From: Candidatus Hydrogenedentota bacterium
GTDB taxonomy: Bacteria; Hydrogenedentota; Hydrogenedentia; Hydrogenedentales; SLHB01
NCBI GenBank assembly: GCA_963745075.1
Contig: CAVUWV010000021.1
Coordinates: 128,001-192,000 of the forward strand
Direction: 5' to 3'
DNA: 64,000 nt
A model generated the notes under the pieces. That model was not told the origin of the DNA. It worked only from the letters and a program-made list of their open reading frames with translations, and searched no databases. Of this stretch, positions 42,379 through 53,362 are shown in pieces (the first letter of the stretch is position 1; the number at the start of each line of letters is the position of its first letter). Made by a program: the position numbers and the translations under genes.

Positions 42379-43802
42379 TCACCCCGCATCTTCAATGCGC
42401 TCAATGGCATTACCGGGATGCCGAACGCACCTCCGGGTTGCTGTCACCCAACTTAACATGCAGCGCCGCAAGAGCTTCCGACGCAACGGACCCAACCGAT
42501 GCGAGCGAACGGATCGCGGCCAGTTGGACGGCCGCGCCTTCTTCGGACAAGGCGCGAAGTAAAATCGGCAAGACCGCCTTCGGGGTGGTCCCCAGCCGGA
42601 GCAGGGCCGCGCACGCTGCAACGCGAACGGCGCCGTTTTCGTCGTGGAGGGATTTCCGTAGCGCATCCGACACTTCCCGGTTGTCGCCGCGGACGCGGCC
42701 CAGCGCTTCCACACCCGCCAGCCGAACGGCCGGATCGCGATGGCGAAGCGACCGCATGACTTTCGGGTCGGGCTGTTCCGTCTTCCCCGATAGCCGGCCC
42801 AGAACGGCGGCCGCGCGAACCTGCACCCGCGAGCTGCGGTCGTGCAGGCTATTCCCCACGGCAATCAGGATCGCGGGTGCAATGTCCCCGCAACTGGGCG
42901 TCACTTGCTCGAGGACATGCAGGGCGTGGTAGCGAACCGATTCATCCGCATCGCGCAACGCCGTCAACAACCGGGGTGCCGCCGCCGCGGCTTGGGGTCC
43001 TTGCTTTTCCAGAGCCTTCACCGCCGAGAGGCGAACGCCCGCATCCAAGTCGTCCAGCGACTTGGCGAGTTGAAGGGCCAAGGACTCTCCCGGTGGCAGG
43101 ATATGCGCCAGAGCATCCAGGACACGGAGCCGCACTTCGGGACGATCGTCCCGCACGCGCCGCTGCAATGCCGTTACCGCTGAGGCCGCGGCGCCACCCA
43201 TCGCACCCAGCGCCTCGGCTGCCTCGGAACGGACTTGATAGTCTTCGTCGGACAGTGCATCGGCCAAGGCGGCCCGGACGGATCTCGGCATGGGGTGCGA
43301 TTCTTCCAAGCGCGCTGATGGCAGCGACACGCACGTCAATGGAATCTTCGTGTCGGCATTCCATCAGCCGGTCGAGGGCGGGGAGAGCCGCGCTTCCCGT
43401 TTCGCCAAGTGCGTGGGCCGAATTGGCCCGCACGCCGGGATCGGGATCGCCTAGGGCCTGGGTTAATTCCGGAACGGCTTCAACGCCGCGCGGTCCGACA
43501 CGCACCAGCGCCGCGGCGACCCAGTGGCGAACGATGGTATACCGGCTCGAAAGCTGACGGCGGTACGTGTCCAACAGCCCGGGCGACACGGCAACGGCGG
43601 AAGCGCCGAGTTCAGCCAGCACAAAAGCGGCGGCGCCGGCATGTTGCGCGTCGCCGTCGTTCAACTGGCTTTGCAGTATCGGCGCCACGGATGACGCTTT
43701 CGCGCCGAGCCCCGCGAGCGCACGCGACGCCGCCATGATCTCGACCGGATCATGGCTCCGCGTTAAGTGAACGACCAGCCCCTCAGCTTGCATGCTTTCC
43801 AC
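42379..43802 (-). CDS. HEAT/PBS-lyase repeat protein; apparent 1-nt insertions near 43283 and 42415
   Basis: Repeated L.D.D..VR..A..ALG units continue across three frames. Confidence 0.8.
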
Positions 43803-43895
43803 AGACCCGCCCCATCCGTCTTATCCGCGAATTCTCACACGCACCTGCGGCGCCGGTCCGTAAGACAAGGCCTTTCGGACGGAGAGAAATGCGGA

Positions 43896-45267
43896 CTATT
43901 GGATATCATACTCCTTCAGTTTACGGTAGAGCGTGCGCAATCCGATTCCGAGTGTCTTGGCGCACACTTCCTTGTTGTAGCCACTGACCTTCATGGTTTC
44001 CTCGATCGACGATGCGCTCGACTTCGCTCATTTTCACGCCGGTGGGGATTCGAATTTCGCTGACTTCGGGCACGGTGCTCCGCCGCACGTGTTCCGGCAC
44101 GTCGCTCACGTCAAGCAACTTGCCATGCCGCGCCATAATCACCATGCCTTCAATAATGTTACGCAGTTCACGCACGTTGCCGGGCCAATCGTACCGCATG
44201 AGTACGTCGACGGCGCTCCGGGTGATGCCGTCGACGGCTTTTCCGTTGGCCTCGCAGGCAATGCCGAGGAAGTGGTTCACCAGCAGCGGAATATCCTCGC
44301 GGCGGCTCCGTAACGCGGGCATTTCAATGATGACCACGCGCAGGCGGTAGTAGAGGTCGTCGCGAAAGCTGCCCTCGGCGACCAACTTCTCCAAGGGCCG
44401 ATTGGTTGCCGCGACGACTCGGACATCCACGGAAACGGTACGCGAATCGCCCAACCGCTCGAATTGTTGGCTCTCCAAGACGCGGAGCAGTTTGGCCTGC
44501 AGCGCGGGGGTCAACTCCCCCACTTCGTCGAGGAACAGCGTTCCCCTGTCGGCAAGTTCAAACCGGCCTTCCCGCGAGTGCGTCGCGCCGGTAAACGCCC
44601 CCGCCACGTGGCCGAACAACTCACTCTCGACCAAGGCCTCGGGGATGCTGGCACAATTCAACTTGACGAATTTCGCGTCACGCCGGGGACTGTTGTTGTG
44701 AATGGCTTGCGCGACCAGATCTTTGCCGGTGCCGGTCTCTCCCTGGATAAGCACGGTGCCGCGGGACGGCGCAATCTGGCGTACGGCGTCATAGACGCGG
44801 ACCATTTGCCGCGATTTCCCCACGAGGCTGCCGAGACCGTAGCGTTCGTCCAGGCGGCGGCGCAGTTCGTGTTGCTCCAGAATCAGGCGCTGCCGTCCCA
44901 ATCCGCGCTCGATGACCGCCTCCAGCTTGCCCAGATTGACGGGTTTGGTCTGAAAGTCCGACGCCCCTTGGCGCATCGCTTCGATAGCGCGTTCCACGTC
45001 GGGCACCTCGGTGATGAGAATCACGCAGATTTCAGGGTTTCGCTCCTTAGCCACGGCCATGAGTCGCATACCGTTAATGCGATGGGCGTTCAGTTCGGTG
45101 ATGAGAACATCATAGGGTTGCGAATCGAGCCGGTTATACGCTTTTTCGCCGTCATCGACGCACTCGACGTGGTAGGTGCACTTCGCGAGGTAGGGCACAA
45201 TCTCATTGGTGATGGAGGGGTCTCGATCAACGAGCAGCACAGCGGCCGCGGGTGCTTCACCAGACAT
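43896..45267 (-). CDS. NtrC-family sigma54-dependent regulator with atypical receiver; apparent frameshift near 44008
   Basis: GETGTGK, ESELFGH, GAFTGA, LFLDE, WPGNVREL; the Fis-type HTH (IEETMKVSGYNKEVCAKTLGIGLRTLYRKLKEY) lies in the shifted frame. Confidence 0.9.
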
Positions 45268-45380
45268 TCTCAACTCCTTGAAGAACGGAAAGTTTAGCAA
45301 AGGAAACCCAGGGGGTCAAACGCCTTGCGCGGACCCAGGCCGTATGTTAAAATGCCGCCCAACATGGGGATCTTATCGCT

Positions 45381-45825
45381 ATGAAGCTATACTATCAAAG
45401 GCTTGCTGATACTGGCGCTCGCGTTTCCGGTGCTGTCCGTGGGTTGTGCCCGCGCGAAGTTGAACACGGCAGGGTTTACCATGACCGATACCATCACTGT
45501 GAACAAGCCGCTGGATGAGACCTGGCAGGACGCCAAAACCGTGCTCCGCGAAATGGAACTGGATATCTACACTCGGGACAAGCGCGGCGAGTTCGTCGCC
45601 TATACCCCCATGAAGCGGCACCTCCATCTCTTCACGCCCCACCGCACCCAACTCACGATCACGATGGAGCCCGTCACGGGGAATTCCACCTCGGTCTCCA
45701 TCGAAACCGTCGACCAAGTCTACGGCGTGACGCCCCTTACTTACCCCGACTGGCACGACCGGAAGACCTCGGATAATGAAGAGGCCTTGGCCATTCTGGA
45801 AGCGTTGCGCACCCGTACAAGCTGA
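45381..45825 (+). CDS. Putative lipoprotein
   Basis: LSVGC lipobox; ORF 45403..45825; the ATG at 45381 becomes in-frame if one extra base is removed. Confidence 0.6.
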
Positions 45826-46083
45826 GGTTTCCCACCCGTTTTTGCCCCTGACGATGGGCTCCTAAACCGCCAACTTTCTATTTCGGGGGAATTCTTAAAG
45901 GGGAATCCATTGTATTTGGTTAGGTGGCCTGTGGTATACTTACCGTAAGGTCAGGAGACAATTTACGACGAAAATCGATTACAATAAGCAATAAAGTCAA
46001 TTAAATCTACGTCATTTGCTTTTTCGCACTTAGGGATGTTACAATTTGGATGAGGGCGGAAGGCCCTAGAAAGCGAGACGTAA

Positions 46084-46527
46084 ATGCTCTCAATGATTGA
46101 GGTTAGATGTCCCCACTGTGCGGTGAGAGGTCAAATCCTGTTGCCGCCGCTCGGTGCGATTATTGTGGGTCCCTGCCCGAATTGCGAAGAGATGGTGGTC
46201 GTCTTTTGTGGCCGCGCCTTGGCGCTGGACAAAGAGATCATGCTTCACGGTACGGACACGGAAAAGCATGAACACCTCAAAGGAGTGTTGATCGATTTTC
46301 TGGATTCGAGGATCGACACGGTTGTGGAGCAGCTTTCCCCTGAAACTGCAGACGGCTTGCGGGATTACTCGCCGGAAGCGCTGGTGGATGAGAGCGCGGA
46401 TTCGAGCCGGACGCAGCCGGAGCCCAGCAAACCGGCCTTGATTTCGGATTCCGAAGTCGAACAGTTTTTGCGGTCCGATTTGCCGCGATTGGACAACGGG
46501 GATTATTTCAAGACAATTTTCGAATAG
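46084..46527 (+). CDS. Hypothetical protein with N-terminal zinc ribbon
   Basis: CPHC..CPNC..C; acidic C-terminus; AT-rich upstream region. Confidence 0.65.
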   Translation: MLSMIEVRCPHCAVRGQILLPPLGAIIVGPCPNCEEMVVVFCGRALALDKEIMLHGTDTEKHEHLKGVLIDFLDSRIDTVVEQLSPETADGLRDYSPEALVDESADSSRTQPEPSKPALISDSEVEQFLRSDLPRLDNGDYFKTIFE

Positions 46528-46609
46528 CGTTAACGATATCGCAAGAGTGGTCGCGCTGAATGCCACGCCCGAAAGGGCGTGGCATTGCCTTTTCTTGCCT
46601 CGACATCAT

Positions 46610-48943
46610 TCAATCGTCTATTCCGCACGCCGCCGCCAACTCCGGAAGCACAACGTCGATCTCGTGTTGGAGGATATCCAGTTTCGCACGCATCATGTCG
46701 GCGCCGTGAGGAAAAGTGTGGTCTCCGCCGTAGTAGAAGTCGAGGCGCATGTCCCCTTCCATCACGGGAAGCGCCTGCTGCGTATTTTCCAATTCGTCGC
46801 GCAGCACGACCTGCCAGCGGGTATAGTCCTTCTTGGCCTGCTGCCGTTGCTCGTTGGAGCGTTCCGGTAGTTTGGCTAGCTGACGCAAGCTGTCACGAAG
46901 TTGGCAGGATTCATAGAAGTTGGCCTGCGTTCGCGCGGTGTGATAGAACCACCGGACCGCCGATACTTCTGCGTCGAAGGGCAACCTGCACCGATCCGGC
47001 ACCAGCGGATCGGCCTCGTCGACAGCATCCACCGCCTCTTGAAGCGCGGCCTCCATATCCTTGTACATGGCCCCGAAAACCGGGATGTCGCCGCGTGGCG
47101 ACGTGGTGAAGGTGGGCCGAAGCGGCAACCCCTCCTTGTCGCTGATCTCCGCCATGAATAGGTACCGGCCGTAAAACACCTTGGGGAGTTCGGCGTCGGG
47201 ATCGACGCACATGGGGTGGGCCGGGCCCAAGTAATAGGGCCCCGTATAGTAGGGTGGCAATTCGGGCGAGAAGGCGATGGCGTCGGATACGCAACGCCAC
47301 GCTTCGCGCAGTTTCGGCCCGGCGTCCGGCCCCGCAATGCGTGCCGCGAACTGCTGAAGGATCGACTCCTTGTCGGGGACCGGCTCCCACCACATCAATT
47401 GATAGGACTCGGCGGCGCTGGTTCCATAACAGGGACGGAAGGCGGGAAATACCCACGCGCCGTCCGATCCACAGGAAGCGAGCGCGTCGGCGCGATCGAT
47501 CCAGCGGTCCATGCACGGGATGTGCGGCAGACGCGGCGCTTCGAATCCAAGCTCCGGCTCGCTCTTCATATAAATCGGAATGCCCGCGGCGCGGCACGCG
47601 GCGATCTGCTCTTTCGCCCGTTCTCCCGGGCCGATGAGGTCGATACTGTAATCCCAGAGGTGTTTGCGGACGCCTCGAGGCTTCTCGATGTATTCGTCTT
47701 TCTCCATTTCCGTAAAGATACCGGTGCCGGGTTCGAGCTTCTCGATAAACCCGGCCTGGGCTTTGTCCGCGGACCAGACGTGTTCGGCCGAGTAGGGCCA
47801 CGCGATGATCTCCGCGTTCGGATTCACGGACCGGGCCGCGTCGGCCAGTAAATTGCACAGGTTGGCGACAACCGTCTCGGCGCCCAATGGCTCGCAACGT
47901 TCACAGTTGGTATGCCCTTTCTCCACGCCGTAAGGTCGCATGAAGCAGTGGTAAAAACTCTCGCCGCCGATGATGATTGCGACCCCATCCAGTTCGGGAG
48001 CGGCGCGGAAAATACCGGCCATGCTCTCGGCGAGGTATCGTTTCACCAAGGGATGCTCGGTGCATAGCACGTATTGGCCATCGGCTTTCCAGGTCAAAGC
48101 GCCGCGAATCTCGGGATGAGCCTCGAATATCGGGTCGTCCTTGTCGAACTTCTGGCGCATGCCGAGCATGGCGAACGTCTTGAGGTGGTATTCCTGCGCT
48201 GCGTTCACCGACTGGGCGAGACCATCAAGGGCTCCCGGCTGACGCCGTGCCGCAAGTTCGGGGATGGCATCGCTGGTGGACAAGCCGAATAAACTGCCGC
48301 CGGATACAAAGGTCGCGTTGTATCCCATGAACACGAGATCGCGCTGCGTCCCCATCCACGGGACCGTCCCCAATCGAACCCGGAGACGCGGACGGTAGAC
48401 CTGCGTACCGCGTTCGAGATAGGGACTCTGCCGCAGCCCGATTCGTTCCACGAGTTTCACGATTCCGTCCCGCAGACCCTCCGAATCCCGGCCTTGAACG
48501 AGGACCGAGTCTGGAGCGACGGCAATGGTGAAACTTTCGGGCCGGTCCGGATCGCCGCCATCGTTCTCCACGAACCGTACGACCGCCCCGGGCGCTGACG
48601 AGGTCACAACGGCCAAAGACACGTTCATTCGGTCTTTCATGAATTCGACGAAGGCGTCCGCCATGCGTTTGGCGAGGTCCGATGCGTTCGAATCCAGTTC
48701 GACGGACCAGTCCTTTGTTACCGCGATCTCGGAATCCGTCGGGCTTGCCTCCGGATCGCGGCTGAACCGGGTGAAGTAGTTGGTAGACAGCGCGGAATAT
48801 GGGCAGGCGCGGTAGGCGGCCTGCGATTCGGCGGAGAGACGCGCGCCGATCTCCGCCAGGGACTCCGGCTGCTCGTCGGCGGAAACCTCCAAACTAACGG
48901 CTACCATCAACAGCATAAACAGGTAAACACAAAGCGACCGCAT
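46610..48943 (-). CDS. Secreted glycoside-hydrolase-like protein
   Basis: Signal peptide; PESFTIAV..VLVQGRDSEGLRDG resembles the GH20/GH67 N-terminal domain; likely TIM barrel follows. Confidence 0.5.
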   Translation of the reverse strand: MRSLCVYLFMLLMVAVSLEVSADEQPESLAEIGARLSAESQAAYRACPYSALSTNYFTRFSRDPEASPTDSEIAVTKDWSVELDSNASDLAKRMADAFVEFMKDRMNVSLAVVTSSAPGAVVRFVENDGGDPDRPESFTIAVAPDSVLVQGRDSEGLRDGIVKLVERIGLRQSPYLERGTQVYRPRLRVRLGTVPWMGTQRDLVFMGYNATFVSGGSLFGLSTSDAIPELAARRQPGALDGLAQSVNAAQEYHLKTFAMLGMRQKFDKDDPIFEAHPEIRGALTWKADGQYVLCTEHPLVKRYLAESMAGIFRAAPELDGVAIIIGGESFYHCFMRPYGVEKGHTNCERCEPLGAETVVANLCNLLADAARSVNPNAEIIAWPYSAEHVWSADKAQAGFIEKLEPGTGIFTEMEKDEYIEKPRGVRKHLWDYSIDLIGPGERAKEQIAACRAAGIPIYMKSEPELGFEAPRLPHIPCMDRWIDRADALASCGSDGAWVFPAFRPCYGTSAAESYQLMWWEPVPDKESILQQFAARIAGPDAGPKLREAWRCVSDAIAFSPELPPYYTGPYYLGPAHPMCVDPDAELPKVFYGRYLFMAEISDKEGLPLRPTFTTSPRGDIPVFGAMYKDMEAALQEAVDAVDEADPLVPDRCRLPFDAEVSAVRWFYHTARTQANFYESCQLRDSLRQLAKLPERSNEQRQQAKKDYTRWQVVLRDELENTQQALPVMEGDMRLDFYYGGDHTFPHGADMMRAKLDILQHEIDVVLPELAAACGIDD

Positions 48944-48966
48944 AATTTCCCCCTCTACCCTGGCGC

Positions 48967-49974
48967 CTAAGGCTTGGTTACGACCCACAGACGCGTCTGG
49001 GGCGACAGATCGATCATACGGCCATCATCAAACCCTGCGTCGCGGGTCCACGCCGCAACTTCCTCACACGAGTACGTGTCACCTTCCCCATTCGCAACCA
49101 GCATACGCAATGCGAACAAGAGGCTGAACGCCGGGCCACTGCGATCGTTGTCCGTCAGGAAGTCTTTGAGGATCAGTGTACCGCCGGATACCAGGGCGGC
49201 AAAACATTTGGCAACGAGTTCCCGGTTGGTCTCAGGCCCATAGCTGTGGATGATATTGGATACGAGAACGAGATCGTATCCTTCGCCGAGCGAATCGGTG
49301 GTCAGGTCTCCGGGCGTACGTGTAAGGCGATCCTCCAGTCCCGCAGCTTTGGCCTGTTCGCGGGCAATCTCGAGCACGTCAGGCCGGTCGAAGATCGTGG
49401 CACGCATCGCAGGACAAGCCTCAAGAAAGGTCAGCGAATACGTGCCCGGTCCACCCCCAACGTCCAATAGATTCTTGAACGTCGACAAGTCGATCGCGTC
49501 CAGCATCTCCACGGCACTCAATTTTCCGATATCGCTCATGCCCAGAATGAAGGCTCGCAGTTCTTCCGGCGACCGCTTCCGCTCCGCCGCGCCGACGGGT
49601 TGTCCCGTACGAAGTACTTCGCCGAGGCCCCCCCAAGCGGCGGCTGAGTAGGCATTGTGTTGGATGATATGCCCTTGATAGTAGGGTCTACCCGGCACGA
49701 GGCACATCGAAGCTAATCCCGTGTTCAGATACAGGCCACCCGACTTCGCAACCAACTCGAGAGCGACCAGCCCATCCAGCAGCATGCGGGTCGTCCGCGC
49801 GGACCAACCCAGTTGTTCAGCGACGGAATTGACCCCGGATGGCTCGTCGAGCAAGGCGAAGATGTTCGCCTCGTTCGCCGCAAAAAGAACGTGGGATTTG
49901 ATAAAACTGGTCGCCAGATTGTTGATGGTGCCCGTCATGTCACGAATGTCAGTCATGGTTGCCTCGCTATCCAT
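48967..49974 (-). CDS. O-methyltransferase (dimerisation domain + Methyltransf_2)
   Basis: LLDVGGGPG, ATIFD.P, GDL, LVSNIIH, GGTLILKDF. Confidence 0.9.
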   Translation of the reverse strand: MDSEATMTDIRDMTGTINNLATSFIKSHVLFAANEANIFALLDEPSGVNSVAEQLGWSARTTRMLLDGLVALELVAKSGGLYLNTGLASMCLVPGRPYYQGHIIQHNAYSAAAWGGLGEVLRTGQPVGAAERKRSPEELRAFILGMSDIGKLSAVEMLDAIDLSTFKNLLDVGGGPGTYSLTFLEACPAMRATIFDRPDVLEIAREQAKAAGLEDRLTRTPGDLTTDSLGEGYDLVLVSNIIHSYGPETNRELVAKCFAALVSGGTLILKDFLTDNDRSGPAFSLLFALRMLVANGEGDTYSCEEVAAWTRDAGFDDGRMIDLSPQTRLWVVTKP

Positions 49975-49982
49975 ACCGTTAC

Positions 49983-51320
49983 TCAGGAATCAATGTCGCC
50001 TTCCCAGAGGTACTTTCGCGTTTCCGATACAACCACGCCGCTCAGCAACAGCAGCGCGATCAGGTTCGGCACGGCCATCAAAGCGTTCGCGATGTCTGCG
50101 AAGTTCCAGACGACCGGAACTTTGACCACAGCGCCGACAAATACGGCAAGTATCCACAGATATTGGTAGGGCCGGATCGCGCGGGGACCCAGCAGGTACT
50201 CGCAGGCGCGCTCTCCGTAGTAGGACCACCCCAGAATCGTTGAAAATACAAACGTCACGAGGCCAACGGACAACACGAACGGTCCAACGATGGTCAAATC
50301 GTCGAAGGCTCGTCTTGTAAGTTCGATTCCGGTGCTCCCGGTCGTCCACTCGCCCGAGTTTACGATAACGAGTCCGGTCATCAGGCAAATGACCACCGTA
50401 TCCCAGAAGGTGCCCGACGCGGAAACGAGGGCTTGCCGCACGGGATTCCGCGTCTGAGCCGCCGCCGCCACAATGGGCGCGCTTCCCAATCCGGATTCGT
50501 TGGAAAACAAACCGCGCGCAATACCGAACCGCACGGCTTCCTTCATCCCAACGCCCAGGAAACCCCCGACGGCCGCCTGACCGGAAAAGGCGTCGCGGAA
50601 GATGAGCGCGATCGTATGGGGAATGGTGGATGCGTTCATGATCAGGAGGGCGATGCAGCCGAGCACATAGAAAAGTGCCATGAACGGGACCAGCGTTTCA
50701 CAGACGCGTGCAATGGAGCGGATACCGCCGAGAATGGTGATGGCCGTCAGACCCGCGAGCACAATCCCGCAAAGCCAATTGGGAATGTGGAGGGAGGATG
50801 CCTCTAATGCCTCGGCGATGGTGTTCGCTTGCACCATGTTCCCGATGCCGAAGGCCGCGATAGCCGCAAAGGCAGCGAACAAGATGCCGAGCCACTTCGC
50901 ATTCAGCCCCCGTTCGAGCGCGTACATGGGGCCACCGACCGTACGGCCGTCTTTCGTCGTCACGCGATACTTCACCGCCAGCAACGCTTCGGAATACTTG
51001 GTGGCGATGCCGAAAACGCCGGTTAGCCACATCCATAGCACGGCGCCGGGACCCCCGGCCGCAACGGCAGTTGCTACACCGGCGAGATTACCCACGCCAA
51101 CGGTCGCCGCCAGCGCCGTGGCCAGCGACGCAAAATGGCTGATATCCCCATCGGCCTCGTTGCTGCGTGTGACCGACAGTCGGATGGCTTTTCCGATGAA
51201 CCGTTGAATCAGACGAAGGCGAATCGTCAGAAAGATGTGGGTTCCAAAGAGCAGCACCAGCATCGGCGGACCCCACGCCCACCCACTGGCTTGTTCAAGA
51301 AAATGTTCAAGGGCGGCCAC
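49983..51320 (-). CDS. alsT: Sodium:alanine (AGCS family) symporter
   Basis: ALAATVGVGN, GGPGAVLWMW, GGPMY, RGLFSNESGLGS, DT.VIC, PNLIAL. Confidence 0.92.
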   Translation of the reverse strand: MAALEHFLEQASGWAWGPPMLVLLFGTHIFLTIRLRLIQRFIGKAIRLSVTRSNEADGDISHFASLATALAATVGVGNLAGVATAVAAGGPGAVLWMWLTGVFGIATKYSEALLAVKYRVTTKDGRTVGGPMYALERGLNAKWLGILFAAFAAIAAFGIGNMVQANTIAEALEASSLHIPNWLCGIVLAGLTAITILGGIRSIARVCETLVPFMALFYVLGCIALLIMNASTIPHTIALIFRDAFSGQAAVGGFLGVGMKEAVRFGIARGLFSNESGLGSAPIVAAAAQTRNPVRQALVSASGTFWDTVVICLMTGLVIVNSGEWTTGSTGIELTRRAFDDLTIVGPFVLSVGLVTFVFSTILGWSYYGERACEYLLGPRAIRPYQYLWILAVFVGAVVKVPVVWNFADIANALMAVPNLIALLLLSGVVVSETRKYLWEGDIDS

Positions 51321-51468
51321 TGGTTTCCTCCCACCGCGGTCGTCGCACAGGCGTCAACGTCCTGCCTCCATGATTTGCGTATCCCATCTTCTACTGTCGC
51401 AATTATGATTTGGGCGCGTGACCGCGGCCGGGCACGCGCCCATCTATACCAAACTCGTTTGGCGGAAA

Positions 51469-51837
51469 TCAGGAACTCGCCTTCTCAAGCTGTTTCTTCA
51501 GTTTCTCAAACCGGAGGTCCAGATTGGCCACGCTCTTGCGAGCGGACTCGGCTTGACGCCGATTCTCCGTCATTTCGTTCAACAATGCCACCACGGAACT
51601 CTTTCCAGGAGACCCTTTGCCTCGCCCCCCCTTTGACGGTGCGCCTTCCCGCTTTCGCCAATAGTTGTAGTTACTGTAGGAAACACCTATCTTTTTGAGG
51701 GCGTCTTTGATCGTTGCGCCGTTCGCGACCATCGTATCGATTTGGTGGAGTAACGCCTGCACTTCTTTTCTGGAACGACGAACGCGGCGGCCTTTGGCCG
51801 CTTTCGACCTGGCCTTTCTTTTGATCGTACTAGGCAT
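51469..51837 (-). CDS. Small basic HTH / coiled-coil protein
   Basis: Lys/Arg-rich N-terminus; ATIKDALKKIGVSYSNYNYWRK HTH; GGAGG RBS before ATG at 51837. Confidence 0.65.
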   Translation of the reverse strand: MPSTIKRKARSKAAKGRRVRRSRKEVQALLHQIDTMVANGATIKDALKKIGVSYSNYNYWRKREGAPSKGGRGKGSPGKSSVVALLNEMTENRRQAESARKSVANLDLRFEKLKKQLEKASS

Positions 51838-52038
51838 AATGCAATCCTCCGGCAGTTTGTCGTCTGGCAATAAACAACCCCAATCCCACGGTCCATTTTG
51901 CGCACTCTATGACGTGTTACAATGGTGGGCGCCATTTCTATGGCGATCATGCTAGCATGAAGACAATACGCAAAGCGACCTGCGCGCACGACAAAACAGC
52001 CGATAGAATTCGGCTAAACAACTTCGGGAGAATCGTCC

Positions 52039-53326
52039 GTGACTTCAGTAACTCGCCGGCGTTTCATTCAAATCGCAAGCAGCGGTATTGCCGCGTCAAC
52101 TGGCGCGTTCGCGCATGGGGAAACCCAACCTGCGAATGACAATCATCCCGTTCGCCACGCGATCGTCGGTACGGGCGGACAGGGAAGTTCGCATCTGCGC
52201 GCATTCAATTCGTTCGACGATTGCCAAGTGGTTGCCGTGTGCGATGTCGACCCCAAACGCCGTGCGGCCGCGGCGAAGGAAGCAGCTAAGAAGTCCCCCG
52301 CGCGGGAAGTCGAGAACTTTCACGAGGTGCTGGACGATTCGTCGATTGATTCTGTAAGCATTGCGACTCCGGATCACTGGCACACGCCGGTCGCGCTCGC
52401 GGCGTTGAAAGCCGGGAAACATGTCTACGTGGAAAAGCCGTGTTGTCACAACATCCGTGAAGGTGTCTCTCCTGATGAAGGCGGCGGAGAAGACCGGCCT
52501 GTGCGTCCAACACGGCACGCAAAGCCGAAGCGGGGCCGGTATCCAGGAGGCCATCAAGTTTCTACACGATGGAAATCTGGGCAAAGTCCGTCTGGCCAAG
52601 GCGATTAACCACCAGTTGCGCGAACCGATCGGCCGGGCGCCGGAAACCGATCCCCCGCCGGGTGTCAATTACGATCTCTGGCTCGGGCCGGCGCCCGTGC
52701 ACGCGTTTACCAAGAATCGTTGGCACTACAATTGGCATTGGTTCTGGGACTACGGCACGGGAGACATCGGGAACGACGGCATCCATCAGGTCGACGTGGC
52801 GCGCTGGGGCTTGAATGTCGGGTTGCCGCACGCGGTCACCGCTCCGGGCGGCCAGCTCTTCTACAATGACGACCACCAGACGCCGGACACGCAAATCGCC
52901 ACCTACGAATACGACGACTGTTATCTTGTCTTCGAGATGCGCTTGTGGACGGACTACAAAATGGACGGACACGACAATGGCGTGATCTTTTACGGAGACA
53001 AAGGCACGGTAGACATCGGGCGCAGGGGGTGCTTTGTAACCTTTATCGGTGAAGAGCCAAAGAAGCTTGGCGAGAGCCCGAGCCTTTCCGCCAATATTCG
53101 AAACTTTCTGGACTGTGTCAAGGCGAACGACCCCTCCAAATTGAATGCACCTATTTCCGAGGGCGCCCAATCGGCCATGCTATGTCACCTGGGGAACATT
53201 GCGACCCGCGTTGGCAGGCGGCTACAATTCGATTCGGACCGGTTCGTATTTGACGGGGATGAGGAAGCGAACCAACTAATATCGCGCATGTATCGCCAGG
53301 GCTACGAATTGCCAGTCCTTACGTAA
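52039..53326 (+). CDS. Gfo/Idh/MocA oxidoreductase with Tat signal; apparent 1-nt insertion near 52468
   Basis: TRRRFI, VGTGGQG, IATPDHWH, HVYVEKP, then QHGTQSRS, WLGPAP, GNDGIHQVD in the next frame. Confidence 0.9.
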
Positions 53327-53362
53327 CCCAAATCGTCTCTCAACCGGTGGGGGAAACCGGAT

